From the IMG/VR virus record IMGVR_UViG_3300028388_001808, positions 1-64,000 of that record: 64,000 nucleotides of DNA; one strand, 5' to 3'. Under the pieces are notes generated by a model. That model saw only the letters and a list, made by a program, of their open reading frames with translations, made no database searches and was not told where the DNA came from. The DNA comes from a virus. The number at the start of each line of letters is the position of its first letter. Within the stretch, counting starts at the first letter, position 1. Made by a program: the position numbers and the translations under genes. Positions 9,824 to 20,035 of this stretch are shown here, piece after piece.

Positions 9824-12273
9824 TATTCTTCTTTGATGTTTGTGTTATAGAGTTCGTAACCTCCTGTTTTCTTTCTTCGGATACCTATACCATACGTAGA
9901 CAGTTCAGGCAGAAGAGAAAGGAAGTCTTCATTCAGTTGCTGAGTATTCAGATCAGCAGCAGTCTTCTGTACGCCAGTACCTAGATTAACCAGATCAGCA
10001 TTGAGTTGCGTGTAGAAGTTATCACGATCCTGCTGATTAGCAGTGAAGGCTCTTTCCCTTCCAGCTCTTCTCTGCGCATCTACTTGCAGTTCAGTACCTG
10101 CCAGTCCTCTTAACTGTTCAGCCATCACTTGCGCGAACTGAGAACCAATCTGACCAGCTTGAGTACCTTCCTGTGCAGCAATACCCATGTAATTGGACAT
10201 TTGCTGTCCAACTCCACGAAGATTGTTTGCCGCCTGTCTGCGAAGACGATTTGCTATTCTGGTGTTTCCTCTCTTCGCTTCTTCTTCAGCCTGCTTCAAA
10301 GCCTGCAAACTCTTTTCGTAAGTAGCCAATGCGTCAGAACCAAAACCTTCCATAAAATTCGGAGTAGGTTCATCGCCAAGACGATTACCTAAAGTCATAG
10401 CCATAGGTCCGACTGCACTGATTGCAGTACCTGCGAATCCAATATCGTCCGGGTTTACAGTCATGCCCTCATTCACATCACCTACAGCTTCTTCAGGAGT
10501 GATTCCAGAAGGCTCAGGAACCAAGTTTTTCATGAAGTCTTCACCTACTACCGGAATAGAAGGAATCTGGTCAGAGAGACCAGCTATGTCTTCAGGAGGC
10601 AGAATTTCCATCCCGGAAGAGGTAGCGATTTGTGGTTGCTTTATAGTGTACGGACCTGTACCTGTTTCAGAGTTGACTAAAGGCATTTGAGGTATCGTAG
10701 CAGGTATACCAGAAGGACCGTAGTCATAGATGTCTTCTTGTGGCATTATTGGAGTACGCGGATCAAATCCACTAGGATTGTCGCGCATCTGACGAAACAT
10801 ACGCAAACGTTCTTCATAGTCTACAGGATTCGTAGGATCGCCACCATTTGCAATACCACCTGTTTGCATTTTCTTTATTCCTCCACACTTGTAGATTTCC
10901 TCCATCACTTCGTTCTCAGTTATACCTCCTTGTGCGTATCTGCGAAGTGCCGTACGAACAGGTTTCAACTGTTTGTTTCTGTAAGATGTTTCAGGAGTCT
11001 CAAGTATTTCCATGTATGGAGCGTAGTTCTTTCCCTTGCCGCTTACATTCGGATAGATGTTCTTCCCTTCTTTCCAGAAGTTATGTTCGATCACATCATC
11101 CATATTATATCCAGTTTCCAGAGCAGCTTGCGCACATACAGCACCAGTTCTATCATATCCGTGCTTGCACATCACGATAGCATTACCTTGCTTTACCGCA
11201 TCTACGGCTTTTCTGAAATTCGCTTTCTCTCCTTTTCCGGACAGATTACCAATAGGAAGATACTTCACTTTAAAACCAAGGTTCTCCAATTGCTTTTTGG
11301 AAACTCCTTCGTTTTGTCCTCTAAGCAATACAATTGTATTGACTTCCGGATGATCCGATCTGAATTGCGTAAGTTGGTCAGGACTTACGTCTCCGCTTCT
11401 GTAAGAACCTGCCACAGTAGGCCGGATTAACTTTGTTTGATTTCCTTTCGTGATCCCTTTAGCCGGAGAAAGGCTAGGTCTACTGACAGGGGAAAAAGAA
11501 GGGGATTTAGCAGGTTTATTGCGTTTAGCTGTAACGGTAGCTTCAGGAAGATTACCACCAGAGTAAGTAGGCTCTGTTTGTTTTCCTGGTATTCTTAGTT
11601 TGGTCCCTACCTGCAAACTTCTAGGATCGCTAATATTATTTGCCTTTGCGATCTCTTCCCAAGAGACGCCTTGTGCTTTACCTATACCCCAAAGCGTGTC
11701 TCCCTTTTTAACCTCTACGATTCCACCATCAGCAAACTTCTGAGTCATTGCATCTGTGGCTCGCATAGCCTCCATAACTGCCACATCGTGCATATCTTCC
11801 ATAGCAGTAGTCACACCTGCTCTTTCAAGTGTGTTTCTTGCTATTCTGTCAGTAGGAGTAGCGACGAACTTTTTGGTGACGTTATTCAGATAGTTCTCTC
11901 TTCTCTTTTTTCTTTCAGCCATTGTTTTGCCGTCTGGTCCTTTTACCCGCTTAGAGTAAATCTTCGTACCGTCTTTCAAAGCAACATCAATTCCTCCGTT
12001 TTCGTGAGACGGTCCTTTAAATTCACCAACACCTCCTTGAGGCGTTTCAAACATTTCTTTTCCTTCCACCTCAACCATTCCTCCTGTGGCATAAGGATTC
12101 TGCTGAAGATGATACGGAGTGACATCTGTTTTAAGCGTCTCGATCATATCAGCTACGGCAGTAGTAGCCATTGATACCAAAGTACCTACACCGTAGTCTG
12201 TAACTGGTGCAGTACCTGATGCAGCAGCTTCACCACCACTTAGATATTTTTCAAGTCTTTTCTTTTTCATCAC
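9823..12273 (-). CDS. Cargo protein 1-like with inserted LysM and Cys-dependent (PTP/DSP) phosphatase domains
   Basis: N-terminal VEVEGKE...GPSHENGG motif and repeated (Y/F)xxGG motifs; LysM (VKKGDTLWGIGKAQGVSWEEIAKANNISDPRSLQVGTKLRIP); phosphatase YRSG ... CKHGYDRTG (CX5R). Confidence 0.7.
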   Translation of the reverse strand: MMKKKRLEKYLSGGEAAASGTAPVTDYGVGTLVSMATTAVADMIETLKTDVTPYHLQQNPYATGGMVEVEGKEMFETPQGGVGEFKGPSHENGGIDVALKDGTKIYSKRVKGPDGKTMAERKKRRENYLNNVTKKFVATPTDRIARNTLERAGVTTAMEDMHDVAVMEAMRATDAMTQKFADGGIVEVKKGDTLWGIGKAQGVSWEEIAKANNISDPRSLQVGTKLRIPGKQTEPTYSGGNLPEATVTAKRNKPAKSPSFSPVSRPSLSPAKGITKGNQTKLIRPTVAGSYRSGDVSPDQLTQFRSDHPEVNTIVLLRGQNEGVSKKQLENLGFKVKYLPIGNLSGKGEKANFRKAVDAVKQGNAIVMCKHGYDRTGAVCAQAALETGYNMDDVIEHNFWKEGKNIYPNVSGKGKNYAPYMEILETPETSYRNKQLKPVRTALRRYAQGGITENEVMEEIYKCGGIKKMQTGGIANGGDPTNPVDYEERLRMFRQMRDNPSGFDPRTPIMPQEDIYDYGPSGIPATIPQMPLVNSETGTGPYTIKQPQIATSSGMEILPPEDIAGLSDQIPSIPVVGEDFMKNLVPEPSGITPEEAVGDVNEGMTVNPDDIGFAGTAISAVGPMAMTLGNRLGDEPTPNFMEGFGSDALATYEKSLQALKQAEEEAKRGNTRIANRLRRQAANNLRGVGQQMSNYMGIAAQEGTQAGQIGSQFAQVMAEQLRGLAGTELQVDAQRRAGRERAFTANQQDRDNFYTQLNADLVNLGTGVQKTAADLNTQQLNEDFLSLLPELSTYGIGIRRKKTGGYELYNTNIKEE

Positions 12274-15200
12274 TCCGATTTTATTTTGTCTACTTTAACA
12301 AAGTTAGTTAAAAGTTGAACATTGTTCAAGTTTAAAATGAATCTGATTGACAGATACTTATCTCTGAAGTTCTCAAGCTGTGACCAGTCTTTAGAGAAAT
12401 CTACAGCATCTGCATTAGGTTCTTTGTAGGGTACGATAGCACCAGTAGCTACTGGTACATCTGTATCTGTTACGTAATCGTAAAGTTCTGGTATATGCCA
12501 GGTTCTTTCTCTTTTGTCTATTTTTATGATGCCGTACTCGTCTTTTGCATAATCCGACACATAATCAAAATCAACTGACAGTGGTCGTAAAGACTGAAGG
12601 CCGGTAGATTGTCTATTTGTATAGCCCCACAATTGGTCAAATGTAATAAATCGCTGCTCCACACTATCCTTTATTGCTTCTGTATGCAGCTCAATGTACT
12701 GAAATTTAACCGTCTCGTCTACCCTATCTACTACTTCAAGTACGTGCGGATAGTTATTTCCATAGTATGAATTGAAGAGTTCTTTATTATTGTGTATCCA
12801 AACAGAGTCACCATTTGATGTGAAGAACGTGCGTTTGTTGTAGAACGCATAATTCGGTAAATAGCTGTGAAAGCTTATCCACTTATCTGAAAGCATATCA
12901 TAGCTTATAGTCCAGCTATAGTTGTCGAAATATCTCCTGTCATTGACATCCACGTACTCTAATGTGCTTCCAGTATTTAAAAACCAGTATCCGGTCTGTT
13001 CGTTATAAACCAAAAAACTTCTACTAGATAGTTTCTTTGGAGTGAAATCTTTCTTAGTGATAATCAACCTGTCTTCCTCAGCGTCGTAGTAAGTAATGTA
13101 GCCTACACCATGCGGGTGTGCAGGATTAGGTGTTTGAGTAGACTGTAGTCTTAAATTGTCTCTAAAAAAATCGTCAAGTCCATTTAACGATATAGCTTTC
13201 AGTTTGTCGCTCAGGACGTAAACTACTCCGTCTCTGCTATCCAGTATAACAGTTCCATAAGGAGTGCTTATCGTACTAGTACTATCCACACATCCCACAG
13301 CACCAAGTTCACTGTCTACCACTTCTCTTGGAGGAATAGCAAGAAAATCTCCAGTACCGATATACGTAACAAGATCACTGTTTATACGCTCTTGTAGATT
13401 TTGAGGTACGTAGAAGAGCATGTCTGTAGTAGTGACGTAAACTTTTTCTCCTTTTCGTATGATATTTGTTATTTCTCCGTAACGTCCAGGAAAATCTTGT
13501 ACATCATTTGCCAGAAAGATTTTCAGTGCGTCTGCTTGTTGTTCATTGAGGGATGTCTGTGACCAAGTTATTCGATTAGGAAACTCTTCCAGACATTCCG
13601 TGCAGTAGTCAAAAGCAACTGGCAGGGAGAAAAAAGACTTCTGTCGATTGTATCTCGAATAGTCCTTGTTGTAAAGATAAATCTCAGGACACAATACAGG
13701 CTTTACTTGGAATTCTTTTTCTTCTGTATTATAGTAGGTCGTCTTATCTTTTATAAAGTTGAAGACGTCTCCAGTCTGATAATAAGTACCACACTCTTGA
13801 TTTGACGCATAACGCAACGCCACATTGATTTCAGATTCAACCCACAGATTTCTAAACTCTTCTGTAAAGAGGATAACCTTTTTATCCAGAGAATCAAGAA
13901 AACCAAACTGATCCTGTACAGCACCATCAAGGTCTTGATCAGAAAGGCATTCTTCGTAGATACCATCTTTGATAAGTTTGGTGTGTATAGATACTGCACT
14001 TGCTGTAATACCTACATAAGCCGCTGCTGTGGCAGTCAAGGCTACTGCAATTGCTACACCCGCTGCCGGAGCAGCTACACCTAGTGTGACCGCTGTAATG
14101 ACCAAAGCTCCTACTATGGCAGCTATTCCAGCTACATTAGCCCAGGAACTTTCTTGGATGTCTCTTATCTTGGTATCCATCAAACGGAACTCTGAGATAA
14201 AGGCATCACCACCGAATATCAGGTTAGATGACTGGTTATCCAACATGCCAGCGTGTATCTTGTAATACTTCAGATTGAACAGATTGCTATAGACGTCTTT
14301 GTACGTCTTTATAGAAGTATAAGCATGTTGAGGTAGAAGTTCGTATGTGTGATAGGCGTTTATGTTATTTGTCATAGACATATTCGCCAACTCTACACCT
14401 TCTACTGTATCTTTAGAGACTGCACCAAGTTTGATGTTTCCACGTACCGCATAGTTTAACTGATCCTGTTGAACAGCTACGCTGGTACATCTGATTTCTC
14501 TATATCCGAAATAAATATCATCCTGGCTAGCTCCGGTAAGTTCTTTTATGTCCGTAGCTGAGTTGGTCGTTTGTATTCGCATGTCTCCTTCCACTTTCAA
14601 GTATCCGGAGAGCATTTCGTTCTGATAAAGGAATCTTGGTGTAGCGATAAATTGAAATGGATTATCGTTTGGTATTTCTCTCATGTAAGAGAAGGCTACC
14701 AAATCGCTACATCCTTCGTACCTAAAAGATACGCCTTTGTCCAATACTGTTTTATTTTCTTCTGTCCTTTCAGCAGTTACAATATAATGACCAACTATTC
14801 TGGGATCAGGATACGCGATATTATGGAAGCGCACACCAATAAGACGAATTACATCATCGTCATAATCATATTGTTTTTGCAGTCTTCTATCCGGCATACG
14901 GTGATGCCTTATTTTTTTCCCTGTCAGTTCATTCCCGCATACATCGACTCCCCAGATACTATTTCCATTGCAATCACGTATATCAGGATAAGTGCTGTTT
15001 TCCAATTCGTGATACCCCATTACACCAGTAGTAGGTGTTATCCTGTTTGCTGTATTATAGACTTGCCATCTTTTTAAATCTCCTGCTGTGTAATCATCAG
15101 GATCATTTACGACATGGCGTAAGTCTTCACTCCATTCGTTTATAGGTGAAGTGTCCCACTGTGTTGGAATAGATGGACCTGGAATAAATCCATTACCTCC

Positions 15201-16415
15201 TGTAATAAGTTGACAGGTTTCAGGATTTACGTTTGCGGGTCTTCCTGGTATATGAAAAGCAGGAGTCTCATATCCATTATCAAACACATAAACTACTCCG
15301 TAAGCTTTAACCTCATCACCCATTTCGCTCATCTTCTCATAGAGCGTATTTGGATTTTTCGGGTTGCCTTTGATTAGAGCATCTTTGGAAGGAACTTCTT
15401 CAATTTCATAGGTGGTAAAAACCTGAGAAGCCGCTCTTTGCAAAGCCGCAAAGTCCACTTTAGTACCTTTGTAGTTTGCAAGCATCAAACGATTCTCAGC
15501 TATCTCCATCGTTCTTACCTGTTGTATATCCTGTTTGGGTATAGCAAGCTCTTCCGCAGTAGTTTCAGTAAATCCGTTCGTTCCTCCGTCTACGACATAT
15601 ATGCTTTGACTTATAGGAATTTCAGGACTCACCAGATAAGAAGACGGCTCTCCTGTATTCGAATTTGCGGCTATTACAGCAATCTGATAGTAAACAAAAG
15701 AACTGTCAAGATTGCCTATTTCCAAAGTTATAGACTTCGATGTTGCTGGTAATCCATTAGTAGGATCAGTTTGTATATCTATACCACCATCTATACCTAC
15801 ATAAGTAGCAAACACAGATTCGTCATAGATAGCAACAGTAGGTGTAGAATCTATCCAGTGTGTTGGGTTTAGGTCTTCATCCAGATAGCGTATAGCAAAG
15901 TTGTACGTTCCTAAGCGAAGAGAACCTCCATAATCGTTGACAGAAGCAGAGATTTCCGGTATAGTTACATCGTCGATGAGCTTTATCTTATCTGGATTGA
16001 ATACTCCGGAATCATAATAATCCTCCAGCTTTGAGAGGTTTATAGTTCTTGGCGGGTTGTAGTCATCAGTGAAGTAGATTACTTCTTCACAGCCTCTGCG
16101 TATCCTGAAGATTACTTTCTTCATTTGGTGAAGAAGAGAAAAATTCAGTGAAGGTTCCTCCAATAGCACAGTTAACTGGCAGTTGGATAACCTGGCTATT
16201 GCAGAATTATTTGCAGAAGCAAGTAACAGAATAGTACTATCTGTAGCATACGTATGACCTATTATGCTATATCCGGTAGGTAGTTCCGCACATAACGCAT
16301 TACCATACTCATTAACAAACTTACCGTTTTGGGTCATTGCATTTAGTGCATAACGGTAAGAATTTTCAGGCTGTTCAATAGGATGACTGTCTAAATGCAG
16401 GAACTTAGGATACAT
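12270..16415 (-). CDS. Muzzle / tail stabilisation protein (1381 aa)
   Basis: YRYALNA, IYFTDDYNPPRTINL, FGGDAFI and SWTISY...WISFHSYLP motifs typical of the crAss-like muzzle; follows the tail tubular gene. Confidence 0.8.
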   Translation of the reverse strand: MYPKFLHLDSHPIEQPENSYRYALNAMTQNGKFVNEYGNALCAELPTGYSIIGHTYATDSTILLLASANNSAIARLSNCQLTVLLEEPSLNFSLLHQMKKVIFRIRRGCEEVIYFTDDYNPPRTINLSKLEDYYDSGVFNPDKIKLIDDVTIPEISASVNDYGGSLRLGTYNFAIRYLDEDLNPTHWIDSTPTVAIYDESVFATYVGIDGGIDIQTDPTNGLPATSKSITLEIGNLDSSFVYYQIAVIAANSNTGEPSSYLVSPEIPISQSIYVVDGGTNGFTETTAEELAIPKQDIQQVRTMEIAENRLMLANYKGTKVDFAALQRAASQVFTTYEIEEVPSKDALIKGNPKNPNTLYEKMSEMGDEVKAYGVVYVFDNGYETPAFHIPGRPANVNPETCQLITGGNGFIPGPSIPTQWDTSPINEWSEDLRHVVNDPDDYTAGDLKRWQVYNTANRITPTTGVMGYHELENSTYPDIRDCNGNSIWGVDVCGNELTGKKIRHHRMPDRRLQKQYDYDDDVIRLIGVRFHNIAYPDPRIVGHYIVTAERTEENKTVLDKGVSFRYEGCSDLVAFSYMREIPNDNPFQFIATPRFLYQNEMLSGYLKVEGDMRIQTTNSATDIKELTGASQDDIYFGYREIRCTSVAVQQDQLNYAVRGNIKLGAVSKDTVEGVELANMSMTNNINAYHTYELLPQHAYTSIKTYKDVYSNLFNLKYYKIHAGMLDNQSSNLIFGGDAFISEFRLMDTKIRDIQESSWANVAGIAAIVGALVITAVTLGVAAPAAGVAIAVALTATAAAYVGITASAVSIHTKLIKDGIYEECLSDQDLDGAVQDQFGFLDSLDKKVILFTEEFRNLWVESEINVALRYASNQECGTYYQTGDVFNFIKDKTTYYNTEEKEFQVKPVLCPEIYLYNKDYSRYNRQKSFFSLPVAFDYCTECLEEFPNRITWSQTSLNEQQADALKIFLANDVQDFPGRYGEITNIIRKGEKVYVTTTDMLFYVPQNLQERINSDLVTYIGTGDFLAIPPREVVDSELGAVGCVDSTSTISTPYGTVILDSRDGVVYVLSDKLKAISLNGLDDFFRDNLRLQSTQTPNPAHPHGVGYITYYDAEEDRLIITKKDFTPKKLSSRSFLVYNEQTGYWFLNTGSTLEYVDVNDRRYFDNYSWTISYDMLSDKWISFHSYLPNYAFYNKRTFFTSNGDSVWIHNNKELFNSYYGNNYPHVLEVVDRVDETVKFQYIELHTEAIKDSVEQRFITFDQLWGYTNRQSTGLQSLRPLSVDFDYVSDYAKDEYGIIKIDKRERTWHIPELYDYVTDTDVPVATGAIVPYKEPNADAVDFSKDWSQLENFRDKYLSIRFILNLNNVQLLTNFVKVDKIKSE

Positions 16416-17373
16416 GGTAATAACCTCTTAAAGAATTAAATCTGTTCGGATCGTTGTACGTACGCACTTCTGTCTGCGCTAGCTTGCCAAAAAATCCGTA
16501 GTATCGATGCTGTCTTGGTAGAAACTGTTGTTTGATGTCCATGAGGTTCTGGTTCTCGTCAACTCCACTAGGCATCATAGTAACGGCAGCAGCTTGTCCG
16601 CAATACCACTGCCAGTCCTGTTCAGATTTTTGAAGCTGAGATACAGAACCCTCCCTGCTGGAATAAAATCGCTGTGACATTTTTCGGAAAATCGCATAAG
16701 CTTGCATAGCAGCTTCGTATGACTCGTGATCTGGTATCATTGGATAACCTTCGTCGTCAGTAGGTTGTCGTCTGTAAGCCATTGCTATCTGACCAGACTC
16801 AAACGAAAATCTGAGTATTCCAGCACTGGGTACTATAGAATATTCATATTCGCAACTATTCTGATAGGGTTTTTCTTCTACGTCGTTACAAACTAAGCTA
16901 CCAAAAAACGAATTTTCTGTTAACCTGACAGGTACATAAGATTGAGTGTACGCGTTACTGTTCATCCAAGCTTCGTATTCGTATTTCAGATCAAAATAAG
17001 GACGATAGTATGCAAGTTCTACCCCTGTTATAGGTTTACCATAGCAGTCTATCGGCACAGGGTACTTCTCCTCTTCCGCCTCTTCTACTACTACAGTACC
17101 TGGTAGAGTGCCTGTATTCACAGTGTCCTCTTCTGTATACTGCATATTTCTGGCAATCTGAATGATCTGATGAATACCGCAGGGAAGGCCACATTGATGG
17201 TTTTTCACTTCGATAAAAGCTACAGCTTCTTCGTAAAGACCTATAGCTCCTATAAGACCTAACGCCTCACCTACCCATTCTATGATGTCGTTATCAGACC
17301 ACTCAAGATCAGGATAGTTTCTGTTAAGCTTGGCTATGATCTTTTTTGCACTGGAGTATCTTAGATGTCTCAT
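16405..17373 (-). CDS. Tail ring / tail tubular protein
   Basis: IIEWVGEAL, DDEGYPMIPD and WQWYCGQA motifs; directly upstream of muzzle. Confidence 0.75.
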   Translation of the reverse strand: MRHLRYSSAKKIIAKLNRNYPDLEWSDNDIIEWVGEALGLIGAIGLYEEAVAFIEVKNHQCGLPCGIHQIIQIARNMQYTEEDTVNTGTLPGTVVVEEAEEEKYPVPIDCYGKPITGVELAYYRPYFDLKYEYEAWMNSNAYTQSYVPVRLTENSFFGSLVCNDVEEKPYQNSCEYEYSIVPSAGILRFSFESGQIAMAYRRQPTDDEGYPMIPDHESYEAAMQAYAIFRKMSQRFYSSREGSVSQLQKSEQDWQWYCGQAAAVTMMPSGVDENQNLMDIKQQFLPRQHRYYGFFGKLAQTEVRTYNDPNRFNSLRGYYHVS

Positions 17374-17828
17374 CTGCTGACATAAAATTTTTGACCTTTT
17401 TTAATCATTTGAGCGAGTCCTCTTTTGAACGTTCTGACAGGTACAAGTCTGTAGATTTTACGGAATCTGTACTTAGACTGATTGTTCGAGAACACTATCC
17501 TGTAAACCACACCATCACTATGATCGTTTGTCTGGTATATCTTTTCTCCTCTTTCTGCGCATTCCGGACAGTTTTCCCACAGTGCGTAAGTCTCTTCCCA
17601 ATCTATAGGTATGTTATATCTACCATTTTCAAATTTACGCACTTTGTACTTTCTGCCTTTTATGTAAACAGACCCAAGACTACTCGGTAAGAGTACCTCA
17701 TGGCCAGCATATACATACTCTATGAAAGCGTCTACAAAGTACTTTATTATCTTCTTATAGGTCTGTTTACTCAACTTACCTTTGTAAGTTTCTTTGTAAG
17801 CTGTATCCATGTTCACCATATAACTCAT
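17370..17828 (-). CDS. IHF/HU-like protein of the crAss tail module
   Basis: Basic 152 aa; LPSSLGSVYI, IDWEET and R-x-F-K-R-x-LA motifs; between ring genes as in crAss-like phages. Confidence 0.6.
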   Translation of the reverse strand: MSYMVNMDTAYKETYKGKLSKQTYKKIIKYFVDAFIEYVYAGHEVLLPSSLGSVYIKGRKYKVRKFENGRYNIPIDWEETYALWENCPECAERGEKIYQTNDHSDGVVYRIVFSNNQSKYRFRKIYRLVPVRTFKRGLAQMIKKGQKFYVSR

Positions 17829-18505
17829 CAGTTCTCTTTTAAGTCGAGTGTTCTGTCTTCCTGTACCGCAACAAACATTCGCTTCAGTTGCTCTATCGTA
17901 AGCGTGATAGCAGCGTCCAAAAATTTACCGTTCAAAGGATAGGATTTTTCAAATATATCAACACAATCCTCATCACATTGAGGGTACAACCATGCTTGTA
18001 CAGGATCATTGAAAGCGGCTACTACTGTGATCCTCTTATTCAGTCCTGTTGACACCTTATCATCAAGTACCCACAAATACTCATTGTGAAAAAAATATTC
18101 TCTGCTTTTTGAAGTGTACTTTTCGAACGACTTCACTCTGAAATGACTCCATTCAGTCGGATCAAACAGCGTATAACCGTCTACAGATGTTACAGACTTG
18201 ACTACATCTCGCATAGAACTTGCGATTATTGCAGGAAAAGGCTGCAAACTTTTATAGACGCTACAACCAGTAGGGACGCAGTTAGGACAATCTGTAAGTT
18301 CTGCTGGTTGTAATTCGATACAGGATAGTGTCTGGTAATCCCATTCAGATAGCCGCTGCCTCTTATCAATAGCCTGAGTCAGCAATTTTGACCGTATAGG
18401 AGCCAGTATGCTATAAATGGTTCTATTGTTAAGTCTCGTAACCTGAGAGGGAACACCTTTAGAGTATTCCGATTGTATCCTTGATAGTACCTCTCCTAAT
18501 GTCAT
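17828..18505 (-). CDS. Tail ring protein
   Basis: QTLSCIEL, Cys-rich loop and C-terminal YPL motif; synteny. Confidence 0.6.
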   Translation of the reverse strand: MTLGEVLSRIQSEYSKGVPSQVTRLNNRTIYSILAPIRSKLLTQAIDKRQRLSEWDYQTLSCIELQPAELTDCPNCVPTGCSVYKSLQPFPAIIASSMRDVVKSVTSVDGYTLFDPTEWSHFRVKSFEKYTSKSREYFFHNEYLWVLDDKVSTGLNKRITVVAAFNDPVQAWLYPQCDEDCVDIFEKSYPLNGKFLDAAITLTIEQLKRMFVAVQEDRTLDLKEN

Positions 18506-19217
18506 GATGGTATTTGATTATTTGATCGCTAAAATCCCTGGTCAGAAACGATTGGTAGCCCTTTTCCCCCTTTGGTATTAACCATACAAGCATACAAGGT
18601 CCAACATCAAATCCAGCCAGTTTAAGCATTGCTTTGTAGTAACTGAGCTGTAATTCGTACTTTGTGTATTCTGACTGACTGATCTGTTGAAAGGGATACA
18701 AAAGCTTTTGATTCTTGTAGACTCTAAACATATCAGATTCGTTTGTTTTCCAGTCTACAGGTATAAGAGTGCCAGTTCTTCTACACTGTATTATCAAGTC
18801 TGTAGTACCTGCAATCTCTTCTTCTTTCCAGTAAAGTATCTGCTCAAAAGCTATTGGCCTGTATCTTGAAGGCATATTACTGTACCATTCTACAATAGCC
18901 TTCTTTTGTGGATGATCTGCTTCAGATGCGCTAACTACACCTCTTCCAAACAATTCTCCGAATTCATGAACATCACTACCTTTAATCAATGCTTTTTTCG
19001 ATTTATCTTCCCATCTTGCAAGCATTTCACTTTCAGAAGTACCTTCTTTTCTTGCACACCATTTAGCGATACTTTTATCAAACGGCGTATAGAATCTTTT
19101 AAGGTTGTGGCTTACTGAAGTAAATCGTCTTCCATTGATGTAGTATATGTGTTCAGGTTCTATCAGTTCTGCGTTTTTGAAGCGTTCTGTCAACTTTATT
19201 TTTGTACTCTCGTTCAT
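18459..19217 (-). CDS. PD-(D/E)XK (RecB/Cas4-like) nuclease
   Basis: EPEHIY, GSDVHE, IAGTTDL, VDWKTN and YELQLSYY motifs. Confidence 0.8.
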   Translation of the reverse strand: MNESTKIKLTERFKNAELIEPEHIYYINGRRFTSVSHNLKRFYTPFDKSIAKWCARKEGTSESEMLARWEDKSKKALIKGSDVHEFGELFGRGVVSASEADHPQKKAIVEWYSNMPSRYRPIAFEQILYWKEEEIAGTTDLIIQCRRTGTLIPVDWKTNESDMFRVYKNQKLLYPFQQISQSEYTKYELQLSYYKAMLKLAGFDVGPCMLVWLIPKGEKGYQSFLTRDFSDQIIKYHHDIRRGTIKDTIGIL

Positions 19218-19221
19218 AATA

Positions 19222-19252
19222 CAAATATAAAAAAGTTGCGGAACGATAACAA
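19222..19252 (-). promoter_or_regulatory. Bacteroidota housekeeping-type promoter (TTG-N20-TATATTTG)
   Basis: Matches -33 TTG / -7 TAnnTTTG with a 20-nt spacer, just upstream of the nuclease ATG. Confidence 0.6.
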
Positions 19253-19271
19253 GGTATCAGAACCGCAACTT
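19231..19271 (-). terminator. Intrinsic terminator-like hairpin
   Basis: AAGTTGCGG...CCGCAACTT stem followed by a U-run on the minus strand. Confidence 0.5.
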
Positions 19272-19306
19272 GAAGACTACTTTTGAACCAAACGAGAATC
19301 TTATAA

Positions 19307-20035
19307 TCAGTTCCAAGTTATTGTTACATCAACCTTACCTGCTGTAGATGCTAAAGAAGCTATTCTAAGCCAGAATGTTTTTACACCTGGACCTGCATTA
19401 GTCACTGCATAGTCAGGTATTGTCGTTATACCTGCTCCCGGAAATGGTGGGATTCCAATATCCAGAAGATTCAGAGAAACACAAGAACCGTCATAAAGAG
19501 CAAGATAAATATCCGTAGCTCCTTCTGGACCGTAGGCTCCGCCGAATACTGTAAACGTAGTATCCGCTGCGGAGACGCCCGCAGGAACATTAAACTTTAC
19601 CCAAATATCACCTGCAAAAGGACCAGCTCCCCATCCTCCTGGAATAGCCTCTCCGGAATCTGTAGCTACTCCAACACCCGGACATTCGCCTCCATTATTC
19701 TGCAAAAGCAACTCAGTCCTACTTCCACTGGCAGTGGGAAAAGAAGCGGCGATAGCACCAGAACAGTTATCGTTAGCTAGTGCAGCATAATTATTTAGGT
19801 TGATGCCTACCGACTTCGCATCAGTTTTTCCATTCAGCGTAGTAGTATAAGTGTATTCATAATAACCTTCGGCAAACCCTCCAAAATCTACATCATCGTT
19901 GTATGCGGCAGGAACAGCAGGATAAGGATTAGCTGTACCTGTATAGGTCCATACTCCACTTACATTTCCAAGTGGAGTAACTTCACCGTCAGCAGATGCT
20001 TCAGGACCAAGTAAATTAAATAGATTTAGTATCAT
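19307..20035 (-). CDS. Beta-rich virion-associated protein with a Bacteroidota secreted-protein-like domain
   Basis: NDNCSGAI ... DIWVKF ... LALYDGSC pattern; Gly/Ala/Thr-rich. Confidence 0.45.
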   Translation of the reverse strand: MILNLFNLLGPEASADGEVTPLGNVSGVWTYTGTANPYPAVPAAYNDDVDFGGFAEGYYEYTYTTTLNGKTDAKSVGINLNNYAALANDNCSGAIAASFPTASGSRTELLLQNNGGECPGVGVATDSGEAIPGGWGAGPFAGDIWVKFNVPAGVSAADTTFTVFGGAYGPEGATDIYLALYDGSCVSLNLLDIGIPPFPGAGITTIPDYAVTNAGPGVKTFWLRIASLASTAGKVDVTITWN

